From: Blastocatellia bacterium
GTDB taxonomy: Bacteria > Acidobacteriota > Blastocatellia > UBA7656
Assembly: GCA_963765495.1 (NCBI GenBank)
Contig: CAVXWP010000005.1
Coordinates: forward strand, 32,001 to 96,000
DNA length: 64,000 bases
Direction of reading: 5' to 3'
The stretch's first letter is position 1; each line of letters begins with the position of its first letter. Made by a program: the position numbers and the translations under genes. The notes under the pieces are model-generated. The model ran no database searches. It had not been told where the DNA came from and was given only the letters and a program-made list of their open reading frames with translations. Of this stretch, positions 47,329 to 57,377 are shown piece by piece.

Positions 47329-48663
47329 ATGCTCATCCCGCGAGGCAAAGCCCTACACGAAAATCTGGCTACGAGCTATGTGCTTGTAGACAATCTGATT
47401 GCCGATCTGTGTGAAGGCGGATTTTCGGGTGTCGTAGAGGTTGTGCTGCGCGATACGGACAGCTACATAATGATTGATCGCGGAAGTGTGGCCGTGGCAG
47501 TCGAAAAACGTGGCAAGGCGGATTATTCGCCCGCGACCGTGACCGCGATTGCGGCGCGGGCCCGCCGGGAGCGAGGGCGCGTTTCCATCTATAGCTTTTC
47601 TGTGATTGCCATAGGCGCGCTGGCCGGATACTTTACTTCCGAACCGCTCTATACCGACCTGAGCACCGAGTTCGCCGACCTTGAAAAGATGATCTCTAAA
47701 TTAAGCCGCGAACGGGACCGTCAGTGGTTTATAAAAGTCACTATGGAAAACGACTCTACGGCGCTGCTTCAAATAGAAGAGAATAAGTGCCGTGTGGTGA
47801 GGCTGGACGAAGATGCGTCCTCGGGCAATACCGGGGGGCTGGATCGGTCGAGCAATCCCGCGCTTTCAAGCCTGCTCGAAGAGTGCAACCGAGTTGGAGG
47901 AAAATTCGATGTATATTTCAAGCAGTCTGGCGAGCCAGTCCCAAACGCATACGCCGCAAGCGCGACCGAAGACCAGGCGCTCGATTCTGCTCAACCTGAA
48001 AGTACGGGGTACGAAATCAATGCTTCCGATTCGATTCGGTCAGAGCAATATACTCCCGCTGAAATGGCCCAGCCCTATCGTCTGAACGACTTGCACGAAG
48101 AACTTATGATCGGCCCGCAGAATAAAGATTCACAGGCGCAGCCCCGGGCTGCCGGTTTGCCTGAATCAATGACTCAGATTGTTCTGTCAGATATTGACGA
48201 AACCGAAGGCTCCGCCCCCAACGCCCAGCAGGAGGCAGATGCTCTGGAAATGGCCCGGGAAGCCCTGACAATGGCCGAGGTCAAGCGCCTGACGGGCGAG
48301 ATTACCCGTACAATCGAAGACGCGACGCGAGCCGTCGAGATAAAAGATATTTTTTCTATGCACCTGCGAGCCGGGCAATTGCAGGTAGCCGACCGCTATC
48401 CGTTTCTTGATCCATTCGGCGTGGAGTTCGAATATCTTGCGGGCGAGATCGTTTTTGTTGGGAAAGCCAGGTCTTCGGATTTCATAGCCGGGCTGACCGA
48501 GGCGCTAAAACTTGCCGTGGCGAGTGTGGTCACGGCAAGTTCTCAACCTGCGCGATTGCGTGCCATAATCAAAGAAGACTTGCGCAAGCTCGCCGAGCAC
48601 TTCCGGGAGGAGCTTGCACAGTTCGGACTCGATGAATCTATCGAAAGAATAATTGCCGACTAG
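47329..48663 (+). CDS. Hypothetical cytoplasmic protein
   Basis: 444-aa ORF with structured N- and C-terminal regions and an acidic linker; no family recognised with confidence. Confidence 0.7.
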   Translation: MLIPRGKALHENLATSYVLVDNLIADLCEGGFSGVVEVVLRDTDSYIMIDRGSVAVAVEKRGKADYSPATVTAIAARARRERGRVSIYSFSVIAIGALAGYFTSEPLYTDLSTEFADLEKMISKLSRERDRQWFIKVTMENDSTALLQIEENKCRVVRLDEDASSGNTGGLDRSSNPALSSLLEECNRVGGKFDVYFKQSGEPVPNAYAASATEDQALDSAQPESTGYEINASDSIRSEQYTPAEMAQPYRLNDLHEELMIGPQNKDSQAQPRAAGLPESMTQIVLSDIDETEGSAPNAQQEADALEMAREALTMAEVKRLTGEITRTIEDATRAVEIKDIFSMHLRAGQLQVADRYPFLDPFGVEFEYLAGEIVFVGKARSSDFIAGLTEALKLAVASVVTASSQPARLRAIIKEDLRKLAEHFREELAQFGLDESIERIIAD

Positions 48664-48723
48664 AGCAGTTTCGCATACCTTGCACATTGAAAAGTAAGCT
48701 CGTTGATTTCTCGTCGGGCAACT

Positions 48724-48766
48724 CCCATTTGAGATTTCAGTTTTGAAATTTGACATTTCAGATGGG
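48724..48766. repeat. Heptamer (ATTTGAG/ATTTCAG) hairpin element
   Basis: cccatttgag atttcag ttttgaa atttgac atttcag atggg. Confidence 0.8.
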
Positions 48767-48914
48767 CAGAAGTGAAATGAATTCCCCCGCTCTGTTTCTG
48801 CCTTAAACCACACTCAAACAAAAGCGGCTTTCGCGCCGGGCAGGTTTTCGGTATAAATAGTATTTGTTTTATCAGGCATCCAACCTCAAAAATTCATCTG
48901 TAAGGAGAAAATAA

Positions 48915-51125
48915 ATGCGACGCAATTTCTATTTATTTGTCACCCTCCTGCTTCTGGTTTCTCTATCATCCGTGGCCCTGGCTCAAGAGAAACAACTCAC
49001 GCTTGATGATATATATGAGCCGGGAAAGAAGATTGACTTCAGTGGCTCGCCTACTGCCAGGCTCCGCTGGCTCAAAGACGGAAATCACTATTTGCAGGTC
49101 AAACGAGACGCCGAGGCGCGAACCTCTCGCCTCATGAAAGTAAACGCGCTTACGGGCAAGGCGGAGCCCTTCTATGATGCCGCGAAGATGGAATCAGCTT
49201 TTGCATCGCTTCCCGGATTCAGCCGGGAAGACGCCCGAAAGCTGGCCAATCGCGGTTCTTATCAGATGAATGAAGCTCAAAGCGCGGCGCTGATAAATTA
49301 TGCCAACGACCTTTTCTACTACGAATTCGGCGCTGATAAGGCCATCCGTCTTACCAACAATTCAGATGAAGAAGTGGGCGAAGAGTTCAGCCCCGATGGC
49401 CGCATGATCAGCTACATTCGCAACTACAACATCTACGTCGTAGACATAGCCGGGCAGCACGAACGCGCGCTGACCCGTGATGGGGGGCCAAAACTCTTTT
49501 ACGGACGGCTGGATTGGGTTTATCAGGAAGAGCTATACGGGCGCGGCAACTTTAAGGGTTACTGGTGGAGCCCCGATTCTACGCGAATCGCCTTTCTCAA
49601 ACTGGACGAATCCCCCGTGCACGAGTTCACCGTTATAGATCACATCCCGCATCTTCAGGAGGTGGAAAATACGGCCTATCCGCAAGCCGGCGATCCGAAC
49701 CCCGAGGTGCAACTCGGCGTGATCAAGGCCGCCGGAGGCGATATTCAATGGGTGGATACATTCAATTATGAGGGGGGCGATATACTGATAGTCAGGGTAG
49801 GATGGACGCCCGACTCTCAATCGGTGGTCTACCAGATTCAGGACCGCGAGCAAACCTGGCTCGATTTGAATTACGCAAACCCGGATTCGGGCCAGTCAAA
49901 AAACGTCCTCAAAGAGAGATCGAAAACATGGTTTGAAGTCATAGACGAGCCCTACTGGTTGAAGGACGGCAGCTTCCTCTGGTTGAGCGACCGCGACGGC
50001 TGGCAGCATATCTATCACTATTCGCACGACGGCAAGTTGATAAAGCAGGTGACGGAAGGCAAATGGGAAGCCCGCTCGCTTGAAGGCGTGGATGAAGCGG
50101 GAGGCTGGATTTATTTTAACGGGACGGAGCACTCTCCTATCGAAAATAACGCCTATCGCATAAAGCTCGATGGCACACAGTTGACGCGCCTGACCGAAAA
50201 GGAAGGAAATCATCAGGTCAGTTTCAATCCGAATGCCAGCCTCTACATCGACACCTGGAGCGATGTGACCACTCCGCCACAGGTGCGCCTGTTCAAGGCC
50301 AATGGCGAGTTTGCTCGCGCGATTGATGAAAATAAGGTCGAGGTCTTGAATCAGTATAAACTGAGCAAGCCGGAGTTCTTGCACGTCAATACGCGAGACG
50401 GATTCCAGATGGAAGCTATGATGATAAAGCCGCCCGATTTCGATCCGTCGAAAAAGTACCCGGTCATGAGCTTTACTTATTCGGGCCCGCACGCGCCGCA
50501 GGTCCGTAATGCTTGGATGGGCACAGGCTATATGTACTTCCAGTTGCTTGCCCAGAAGGGCTATATCGTCTGGGTTCTCGATAACCGCACGGCGAGCGGT
50601 AAAGGAAGCCAGTCAACGTGGCTGGTCTTTCACAACTTCGGCGAGCTTGAACTAAAAGACCTCCTCGACGGGGTCTCGTACCTCAAGAGCCTGCCCTATG
50701 TGGACGGCTCGCGTATAGGATTGACAGGGTGGAGCTTTGGCGGCTTCATGACGACCTATGCCCTGACGCATAGCGATGCTTTTCGCATAGGTATAGCCGG
50801 GGGCAGCGTCACCGACTGGCGTCTGTACGATTCCATCTACACCGAGCGATACATGGGAACGCCGCAAAACAATCCAGAAGGTTATGAAAAGAGCGCGCCC
50901 CTTAATGCAGCCAAAAACCTTCACGGCAAACTGCTCCTGATTCACGGCGCAATGGATGATAATGTTCATATGCAGAACACGATTCAATTTGTTTACGAAC
51001 TGCAAAAAGCGGGCAAGCAATTCGACCTGATGTTGTATCCAAAATCACGTCACGGTGTAAGTGATCCGTTGCTGGTCAAACATATGCGGGCGATGATGAC
51101 GGAGTTCATCCTGAAGAATCTGTAA
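48915..51125 (+). CDS. S9B dipeptidyl peptidase IV family protein
   Basis: Signal peptide, DWVYQEE, GWSFGG nucleophile, DDNVH, SRHG. Confidence 0.95.
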   Translation: MRRNFYLFVTLLLLVSLSSVALAQEKQLTLDDIYEPGKKIDFSGSPTARLRWLKDGNHYLQVKRDAEARTSRLMKVNALTGKAEPFYDAAKMESAFASLPGFSREDARKLANRGSYQMNEAQSAALINYANDLFYYEFGADKAIRLTNNSDEEVGEEFSPDGRMISYIRNYNIYVVDIAGQHERALTRDGGPKLFYGRLDWVYQEELYGRGNFKGYWWSPDSTRIAFLKLDESPVHEFTVIDHIPHLQEVENTAYPQAGDPNPEVQLGVIKAAGGDIQWVDTFNYEGGDILIVRVGWTPDSQSVVYQIQDREQTWLDLNYANPDSGQSKNVLKERSKTWFEVIDEPYWLKDGSFLWLSDRDGWQHIYHYSHDGKLIKQVTEGKWEARSLEGVDEAGGWIYFNGTEHSPIENNAYRIKLDGTQLTRLTEKEGNHQVSFNPNASLYIDTWSDVTTPPQVRLFKANGEFARAIDENKVEVLNQYKLSKPEFLHVNTRDGFQMEAMMIKPPDFDPSKKYPVMSFTYSGPHAPQVRNAWMGTGYMYFQLLAQKGYIVWVLDNRTASGKGSQSTWLVFHNFGELELKDLLDGVSYLKSLPYVDGSRIGLTGWSFGGFMTTYALTHSDAFRIGIAGGSVTDWRLYDSIYTERYMGTPQNNPEGYEKSAPLNAAKNLHGKLLLIHGAMDDNVHMQNTIQFVYELQKAGKQFDLMLYPKSRHGVSDPLLVKHMRAMMTEFILKNL

Positions 51126-51303
51126 AGCAGTCATCGACGGGGATTTTTTGAGTAGCTGGTTTCGGGCGTCCGAGCGAGAAAGCGATTTCTGGCGGAGACG
51201 CTCGATTTCATGTAAATATTGATGTTAGTGAATTTAATCTAAAAGCGAGCAAGAGTATGGGTTGAGCCGAGTGGAAGGCTGGGGCGTGAAATCATCCCTA
51301 CGA

Positions 51304-51330
51304 CTGCCTCAGATCGATGACCTGAGGCAG
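51304..51330. terminator. Stem-loop between convergent genes
   Basis: ctgcctcag...ctgaggcag 9-bp stem. Confidence 0.6.
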
Positions 51331-51339
51331 CCGCTCAAT

Positions 51340-51492
51340 CTATTCTGAAACAGCGTAGCGGTGTCCTTCGGAATCGCTGATCCCGCTACCCGTCTCCGAA
51401 TGAAATCTATGACCTAACGGGCATGTAAACCACACCGAGTCCTCGGTACTGGCTACCCGTCGGAGGGGGTTAAAACATTTTGGGCATTTCAT
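51340..51492 (-). CDS. Small zinc-ribbon-like protein (50 aa), probably leaderless
   Basis: MKCPKC...WFTCPLGHRF; TGcTACAAT extended -10 lies 6 nt before the ATG; no SD. Confidence 0.55.
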   Translation of the reverse strand: MKCPKCFNPLRRVASTEDSVWFTCPLGHRFHSETGSGISDSEGHRYAVSE

Positions 51493-51682
51493 GGTTTGAT
51501 TGTAGCACAGGTTTTTTCTTTTGTGCGTTTTTTCTTTATTTCGTGGCTCTATATTTTCATCCACTTCTCCCAGGAAACCTGTTTTGATCGGCAAATCGAG
51601 TCGGGTCAAATAATTAGCGTTTATAGCCGCTCATTCAGGATAAGGCTGGCTCGCAGGTTTGTAATTGATGCCATATTTATTA

Positions 51683-51711
51683 TTGACAATCCTCAGGACA
51701 CGCCGTAGACT
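51683..51711 (+). promoter_or_regulatory. sigma70-type promoter
   Basis: TTGACA-N17-TAGACT with AT-rich upstream region. Confidence 0.7.
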
Positions 51712-51974
51712 TGGGCCGCTTTTCGGGTTTTCTTCAGGAAATGTCAGTCAGGGATTGAAGGGCCTCTGACCTGAGATCCCAACCTCACATGCTGTCACCC
51801 TGATTTTCATTATTTGGGGGGGATTAAACGCCCCAATAGCCCGAGGTCTTTCCAGACCCGGAGACGAGCCTTTCAGGGATAGGGTTTTCGATCAATTGGA
51901 ACGCAAATTACGATTTCGACAGGCGCTCACTCGCCTGCCACAGAAAAGGTGCGCTAAAGAGAGGAGAATCTGAG

Positions 51975-53213
51975 ATGAAAACTCTGAAAATATTTGTGTT
52001 TCTGTTTTTCGCGGCAGCATTGGTTTTACCGTTTGCCTTCACGAGTTCGGTCGAAGGGCAGGCGGCTACGGAGGCCCCGGCGGGGTTTGATGGTCATACA
52101 AACGGTCTGATCCCGCAAGGCACAATCGTGCACGAGCCGCCGGTTTCCGGTGACTTCGTCAACGATCAGGCTGTTTTCGAGGAGAGGGAAGTGATAGCCG
52201 ACGGCCTGGGTCCGGTTTACAATGCTCAGGCGTGCGCCGAATGCCATCAAAACCCGGTTACGGGCGGCATCAGCCAGGTTAATGAATTCAGAGCCGGGCA
52301 TCTGGATAGATTCGGCAATTTTGTCGATGCCCCGGGTGGCTCGCTCATCAATGACAGAGCCATTGATGCTTCGATAGTCGAGCGCATATCGACGGCTGAA
52401 ACCGTGACGACCTTCCGCACGTCTCTCAATGTACTGGGCGACGGATTTGTCGAAGCCATTGCCAACAGCACGTTACAAAACATCCAGAGCAGCCAGCCTT
52501 CTGCTCAAAGAGGCGCGCTTCTTGCGGTGCCGGTGCTTGAAGCCGGTGGCGCGCTCAGATTCGGACGCTTTGGCTGGAAGAATCAGCACGCCAGTCTCGA
52601 ATCGTTTTCCGCCGATGCTTATCTGAACGAGATGGGAATAACCAGCCCCCTGCAACCTACAGAAAACACGTCGAACGGCGATTCAGTAGCCGCATTCGAT
52701 ACAGTGGCCGACCCGGAGGATGATGGAGATGATGTGGAAGTCTTTGCAGAGTTCATGAGGTCTACAAAGGTTCCGCCTCGTGACGCGGCGCGCGCGGCGA
52801 CTTCCGACGCTATAAACGGTTCGAATTTATTCGACTCGATAGGCTGCGCCGTCTGCCACATTCGCACGATCACGACAGCCCCCGCGGGCACTGTGATCAA
52901 CGGCGGCGCTTTCACGGTTCCTGCGGCCCTCGGCAACAAGATAATCCATCCGTTCAGCGATTTCCTTTTGCATAACGTCGGAACTGGTGACGGGATCGTT
53001 CAAAACGGTGGACAGGCAAGCGCAAACCTGATGCGGACGCCTCCGCTCTGGGGCGTGCGTTCGCGCAACAAACTGATGCACGACGGTCAGACAAATACTT
53101 TCAATGACGCTATACTGCGACACGCCGGTCAGGCAACCGGCGCGAGAAACAACTATGCCAATCTGAGTAACACAAATAAGAATCGACTTATCTCATTCCT
53201 CCTGTCGTTGTGA
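51975..53213 (+). CDS. Di-heme oxidoreductase family (DHOR/DUF1111-like) secreted protein
   Basis: Signal peptide, GLGPVYNAQACAECH, GRFGWK, GCAVCH, RTPPLWG, MHDG, AILRH; GAGGAG RBS. Confidence 0.9.
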   Translation: MKTLKIFVFLFFAAALVLPFAFTSSVEGQAATEAPAGFDGHTNGLIPQGTIVHEPPVSGDFVNDQAVFEEREVIADGLGPVYNAQACAECHQNPVTGGISQVNEFRAGHLDRFGNFVDAPGGSLINDRAIDASIVERISTAETVTTFRTSLNVLGDGFVEAIANSTLQNIQSSQPSAQRGALLAVPVLEAGGALRFGRFGWKNQHASLESFSADAYLNEMGITSPLQPTENTSNGDSVAAFDTVADPEDDGDDVEVFAEFMRSTKVPPRDAARAATSDAINGSNLFDSIGCAVCHIRTITTAPAGTVINGGAFTVPAALGNKIIHPFSDFLLHNVGTGDGIVQNGGQASANLMRTPPLWGVRSRNKLMHDGQTNTFNDAILRHAGQATGARNNYANLSNTNKNRLISFLLSL

Positions 53214-53354
53214 TGAGATCAATACTAGAAATTGACTTGAGGATCCGATCGGGGGTTTGCCGGACAACTATACGGCGGACCCCTGATACCACCCACTCAA
53301 ATGGATAGACGGATCGCAGCGTATCAGAGCAGCGTATTAGAAAGGAGTTGCAAA

Positions 53355-54119
53355 GTGGCGGACAGAAAAATCCTTGTAGCCTGTTTCTCAATTCTCATTT
53401 GCATCGTTCCCCTGGCTTTGTCTGCGTGTGCCACCAGGCCGGACCCTCCGGTTCCCGAAGCTCGAGTCGAAACTGCCGCTACGCTGACTAAAGAACCTGA
53501 CCCGGCAACGAGCCTTCCGGTCGAAGAAGTCAGGCTTCCGCTGCCAAAGACCACAGAGATTACGGACAAGATCAACCGCGTCTATCAGGGGACCGTCATG
53601 GTCAATTCGGATGTCAATCCCGGTTTTGTCGTGGGCGATTTTAACGGCGACTTTTCACAGGACATAGCCGTGGTTGTAAAACCCGTTGCGGGGAGGCTCG
53701 AAGATATCAACAGTCAGTTTGCCAACTGGATGATTAGAGACCCGATGGCCGCATCGAATGATACCGGCGAGCAGGCACAGGAGGTCCGACTTGATTCTTC
53801 ACCGATCCGCATTGAAGCATTCGACCATCTGCTGGTTGTCATACACGGTTATGAATCCTCCGGGTGGCGCGCACCCGAAGCTACACAGACATATCTGCTC
53901 AAGAATGTTGTTGGCGCAGGCGTGAAGAGTCAGCCTTTGAAATCCGTGGTGAAAGCAAACCGGGGTAAGAATATCCCTTACTTGCGCGGCGATGTGATCG
54001 AGCAGGTGCTTAACGGAGAACAGGGCTTCCTGTACTACACGGGCGTGGAGTACGGCTGGTATGACAGACGCGCGCGCAAGAACAACGATCCACGGCAGAT
54101 GGCGCACGATAGAAGATAA
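53355..54119 (+). CDS. Hypothetical lipoprotein
   Basis: AGGAG + GTG 53355, lipobox LSAC, GDFNGDFSQD motif. Confidence 0.7.
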   Translation: MADRKILVACFSILICIVPLALSACATRPDPPVPEARVETAATLTKEPDPATSLPVEEVRLPLPKTTEITDKINRVYQGTVMVNSDVNPGFVVGDFNGDFSQDIAVVVKPVAGRLEDINSQFANWMIRDPMAASNDTGEQAQEVRLDSSPIRIEAFDHLLVVIHGYESSGWRAPEATQTYLLKNVVGAGVKSQPLKSVVKANRGKNIPYLRGDVIEQVLNGEQGFLYYTGVEYGWYDRRARKNNDPRQMAHDRR

Positions 54120-54122
54120 ATC

Positions 54123-54154
54123 CATCTGAGATTTGAGATTTGAAATCTCGGATG
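54123..54154. repeat. Heptamer (ATTTGAG) hairpin element
   Basis: catctgagatttgagatttgaaatctcggatg, 3 nt after the stop codon. Confidence 0.8.
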
Positions 54155-54187
54155 AGCAGGAGTGAAAGAAAATAGCTTCCAGCCGGA

Positions 54188-55231
54188 TCAGTCGGTTTTC
54201 GCCGAGGCGGGTTGTGAGACCTCGGGCTTAAAATCCAGTATGTCCTTAAACGGCTGTTTGGCATCACCGAAATCAGGCCGGTAGTATTCCGCGGCCGAAT
54301 CGAAATCCTGCATCCAGCCTTCTTCCATTCCGAGCGATTCCAGATGCTCGATTGCCCGCATCCATTCCGACCAGCGAATCTTTCGCGATATGAGCAGGTA
54401 GCGATCTGCTCCCACCTTGTTTGTAGGAAAATACTGCGCCATCAGGCTCACAGCCACTTTCGGCGATAACTCGTCGCGTATCCATCTTAGCGAATCGGCA
54501 ATGCCAGCGATGTCGTTGGGCAAAACCAGCAGTCGTACGATCAACCCTCGCTTTACGAGACCATCATCCCCATAAAAGAGCGCGTCGCCCGTTTGCCTGT
54601 ACATCTCTTTGAGACTTGCGCGAGCGTGTTCGACATACCGCGTCACCTTTGAGTACTCGCGCCCCGCTTCCTCATCGCTGTACTTGAGGTCGGGCAGATA
54701 GACATCGACTATGCCATCGAGCAGGCGCAACACCTCGACCGCATCATAGGTGTTTGTGTTGTAGACGACCGGCAGGCGTAATCCGCGCTCTGCCGCTATC
54801 AGAAGAGATTTGACCAGTTGCGGGACAAAGTGAGTGGGCGAAACCCAGTTGATGTTATGACAGCCGCGATCTTGCAATTCGAGAAATATCTCTGCGAGCC
54901 GCTCGAAAGAGACCTCGTTTGCGCGCTGCTGTTTGAAAGTCTGGCTGATCTGATAATTCTGGCAGTATACGCATCTGAGGTTGCAAAGCCCCAGAAAGAC
55001 ATTGCCCGCGCCGTGTGTGCCCACAAGCGCAGGCTCTTCGCCGAAATGCGCCGTGTAGGACGAGACTATCGGCAGCAGTCCCGAATAGCAGGCGGCGACT
55101 TCGTCGTTGAGGCGATTAACATCGCAATCTCTCGGGCAGATGCGGCAGCACCCGAGCATATCCATTAGGCGTTCGACGCGCCGGGCCAGTTCGCCCGACC
55201 GAAGCAGCTTGATATAAGAAGGTTCGTACAC
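54188..55231 (-). CDS. Radical SAM protein, PflX-like
   Basis: CRICPRDC, HFGEEP, CNLRCVYCQN (CxxxCxxC), NWVSPTH, YLPDLKY. Confidence 0.92.
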   Translation of the reverse strand: MYEPSYIKLLRSGELARRVERLMDMLGCCRICPRDCDVNRLNDEVAACYSGLLPIVSSYTAHFGEEPALVGTHGAGNVFLGLCNLRCVYCQNYQISQTFKQQRANEVSFERLAEIFLELQDRGCHNINWVSPTHFVPQLVKSLLIAAERGLRLPVVYNTNTYDAVEVLRLLDGIVDVYLPDLKYSDEEAGREYSKVTRYVEHARASLKEMYRQTGDALFYGDDGLVKRGLIVRLLVLPNDIAGIADSLRWIRDELSPKVAVSLMAQYFPTNKVGADRYLLISRKIRWSEWMRAIEHLESLGMEEGWMQDFDSAAEYYRPDFGDAKQPFKDILDFKPEVSQPASAKTD

Positions 55232-55329
55232 GTCATGGATTTTACAGTCTGTTTCGCAAAGACATCAAATCGGGTTTGAAGATAGAGCAGCAGGTGGATG
55301 TGTGCGCAGTGGGGATTTTCGGTTTCAGG

Positions 55330-55373
55330 AAAAAGGCCGGGGCGATGAAAATCTCATCGCCCCGGCCTTTTTT
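55330..55373. terminator. Bidirectional intrinsic terminator
   Basis: aaaaaggccggggcgatga...tcatcgccccggcctttttt. Confidence 0.92.
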
Positions 55374-55396
55374 ATTAGGTTTAACCGTATCAGAGA

Positions 55397-55828
55397 TTAG
55401 TCTCTCTTCTTACCCCGACAATCCATAGTATTGTCCTTCATGGACTCGTCGTTCAGGAATTCCTTCATAGGCGGCAACGGAGGATTCGTATCTACCGTAT
55501 CAAACACCTGGACAGCCGCGCTTGCCGTTTGTGTGCACTCATTGGCAGAAGCAAGCACTTTATAGTTATCGGCTATGTGTTCGAGATAGATCATGCAGCC
55601 GTTTCTTTTCACCGATCCTCGGCCAGTCATCACTACGCCATCGCTGCAATGGACAAATTTATATTGCCCGCCGACGGAATTGAACATCAAATAATTGCCG
55701 GTTGCATCGTCTTGAATTGCGATGTCGTATTGAATGTCAAATCGCTGCCCGCCCAACCGATTGCGCGCGCTTACCGATGCTCCTGCCACCAAAGCTACCA
55801 TTGCCAAAACTAATCCTAACTTTCTCAT
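55397..55828 (-). CDS. Secreted hypothetical protein (beta-rich, Cys-containing)
   Basis: GGAGG RBS, signal peptide, YDIAIQDDATGN..FNS..G.Y. Confidence 0.75.
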   Translation of the reverse strand: MRKLGLVLAMVALVAGASVSARNRLGGQRFDIQYDIAIQDDATGNYLMFNSVGGQYKFVHCSDGVVMTGRGSVKRNGCMIYLEHIADNYKVLASANECTQTASAAVQVFDTVDTNPPLPPMKEFLNDESMKDNTMDCRGKKRD

Positions 55829-56026
55829 AATGCCTCCATAATCGGGAACTATCTTTATGATTTCCCGTTATCAATCCCCTTGTTTCACGCAGTGAGGACG
55901 CTCTTATCCTTTGCCTGCCCGTTGAGGCAGGCTTAGTTGCGTACTCTCACCCGCAGATTATATATACTGGAAAGATTTCGGTCAGTGACCCGCAACCTGA
56001 ACGGTTCTGCCTTCAATCACATCCTG

Positions 56027-56049
56027 TGCGGCCCCTTCCCGGGGCCGCA
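56027..56049 (-). terminator. GC-rich stem-loop after the DUF5666 gene
   Basis: tgcggcccc-ttccc-ggggccgca. Confidence 0.55.
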
Positions 56050-56069
56050 GGCAGGGTTTCAAGACTTCG

Positions 56070-57098
56070 TTAATTGGAATCCATAACCTGGAGTTTATCG
56101 GCTCTGACAGACCCGTCGGCCTGACCGACTCCCTTTACTTTCACACGCGTTCCGACGGTGGCTGCGCCGTGTTGTTGCTTGACGCGAGTAGAGGCTGTGA
56201 CCTGAACCGTACGACCGCCGATTATCCAGTCGCCTATCAGGCCCGAACCCGGCCTGCTTTCGACCGTACCCTTGAACTTCGCCCTGTCGCCGTTCTGGTT
56301 TCCGCTGTCGTCAAAGCTTGATTTGGTTTCGATCCTTGAAGCCGTTATTGAGTTGTCGGATTCGAGTGTGCCTGATACTTCGACAAGCGTTCCCACGGCT
56401 ACGAGAGCCTCTTCCTGTTTTATGTTTGTTGAAGATATAACGTTGACCGAGCGACCGCTGACTATCCACGTACCGACGAAGCCGGGCGTATCGGGCAGAT
56501 GCTCTATCCGGCCTTTAAGCTCGTGGCGTCCGTCGTTGCCGCCCACGTTTGATTTGACTTCGATCTCGGTCGCGTTTATCGAGCCATCGGAAAGCCCGGG
56601 GCCTTCTATCTGAACAAATGCTCCGACGGCGATTGGGCCGATCTCCTGTTCGATGTGCGTAGACGTGCTCACATGAATGATGCGACCACCCACACGCCAA
56701 TCGCCTATGAGACCTGCGGGGAAAGTTTCGACCGTTCCGCTGAAATGAATGTCTTCATCGTTATCATCACCGTCATCATCGCCGCCGTTAGTCGGATTGA
56801 CTTCTATCCTTGTGGCGTCAACCGAGCCGTCCGAGCGCTGATTGCCCTTGACCTCTACCGAGGCTCCTACCCTGACCGTGCCGTGTTCCTGTTCTATGCT
56901 CGTGCTTGACGTAACATGAACCGTGCGTCCGCTTACGACCCAATCACCCGTAAAGCCGGGACCTGCGGGCAGGCTTTCAATCGTGCCTTTGATCTCAAAA
57001 TTCCCGCCATTCTTGCCGTTGGCAAGAGCCGCGCCCGCGGGTAACACGATTATTACCATTGCAAATATGATCGCTAATCTGAAGCCTGTGTTTTTCAT
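56070..57098 (-). CDS. Secreted DUF5666-repeat protein (4 repeats)
   Basis: Four copies of G.IE..P....G.W.V.GR.V.V..ST.I......VG..VEV.G....GS..A..IE. Confidence 0.85.
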   Translation of the reverse strand: MKNTGFRLAIIFAMVIIVLPAGAALANGKNGGNFEIKGTIESLPAGPGFTGDWVVSGRTVHVTSSTSIEQEHGTVRVGASVEVKGNQRSDGSVDATRIEVNPTNGGDDDGDDNDEDIHFSGTVETFPAGLIGDWRVGGRIIHVSTSTHIEQEIGPIAVGAFVQIEGPGLSDGSINATEIEVKSNVGGNDGRHELKGRIEHLPDTPGFVGTWIVSGRSVNVISSTNIKQEEALVAVGTLVEVSGTLESDNSITASRIETKSSFDDSGNQNGDRAKFKGTVESRPGSGLIGDWIIGGRTVQVTASTRVKQQHGAATVGTRVKVKGVGQADGSVRADKLQVMDSN

Positions 57099-57254
57099 CT
57101 CTTTTTCTCCTGAAAATTTCTTTTATCCATTTCTGGTTTCATTCAGGCAGAGTGAGCGGCCAGAAAAAAAATACAAAGATTCTGTGAGTTTTTGAGGTGA
57201 CAGGATAAGTGTATTGGGAAAGAAGGCAGGTTGATGGTTTGCGGGGCAGCGCCA

Positions 57255-57377
57255 ATCCGAGATCTGAGATTTGAGATTTAAGATTTGAGAATCTGTAGCG
57301 CGAGCCGCTTCGTGCTGAGACCTGAGAACAAAAATCTCAGCCATCAGGTCTCAAATCTCAAATCTCAAATCTCAGAT
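57255..57377. repeat. Heptamer inverted-repeat element (ATTTGAG/CTCAAAT)
   Basis: 5 units at 57255-57289 and 4 complementary units at 57350-57377, abutting the carB stop. Confidence 0.92.

Noticed and set aside
51880-51935. Possible c-di-GMP-I riboswitch (GGAACGCAAA)
   Set aside because: Lacks the GGCAAA/GNRA P2 arrangement and a matching P1; kept only as an unclassified leader.
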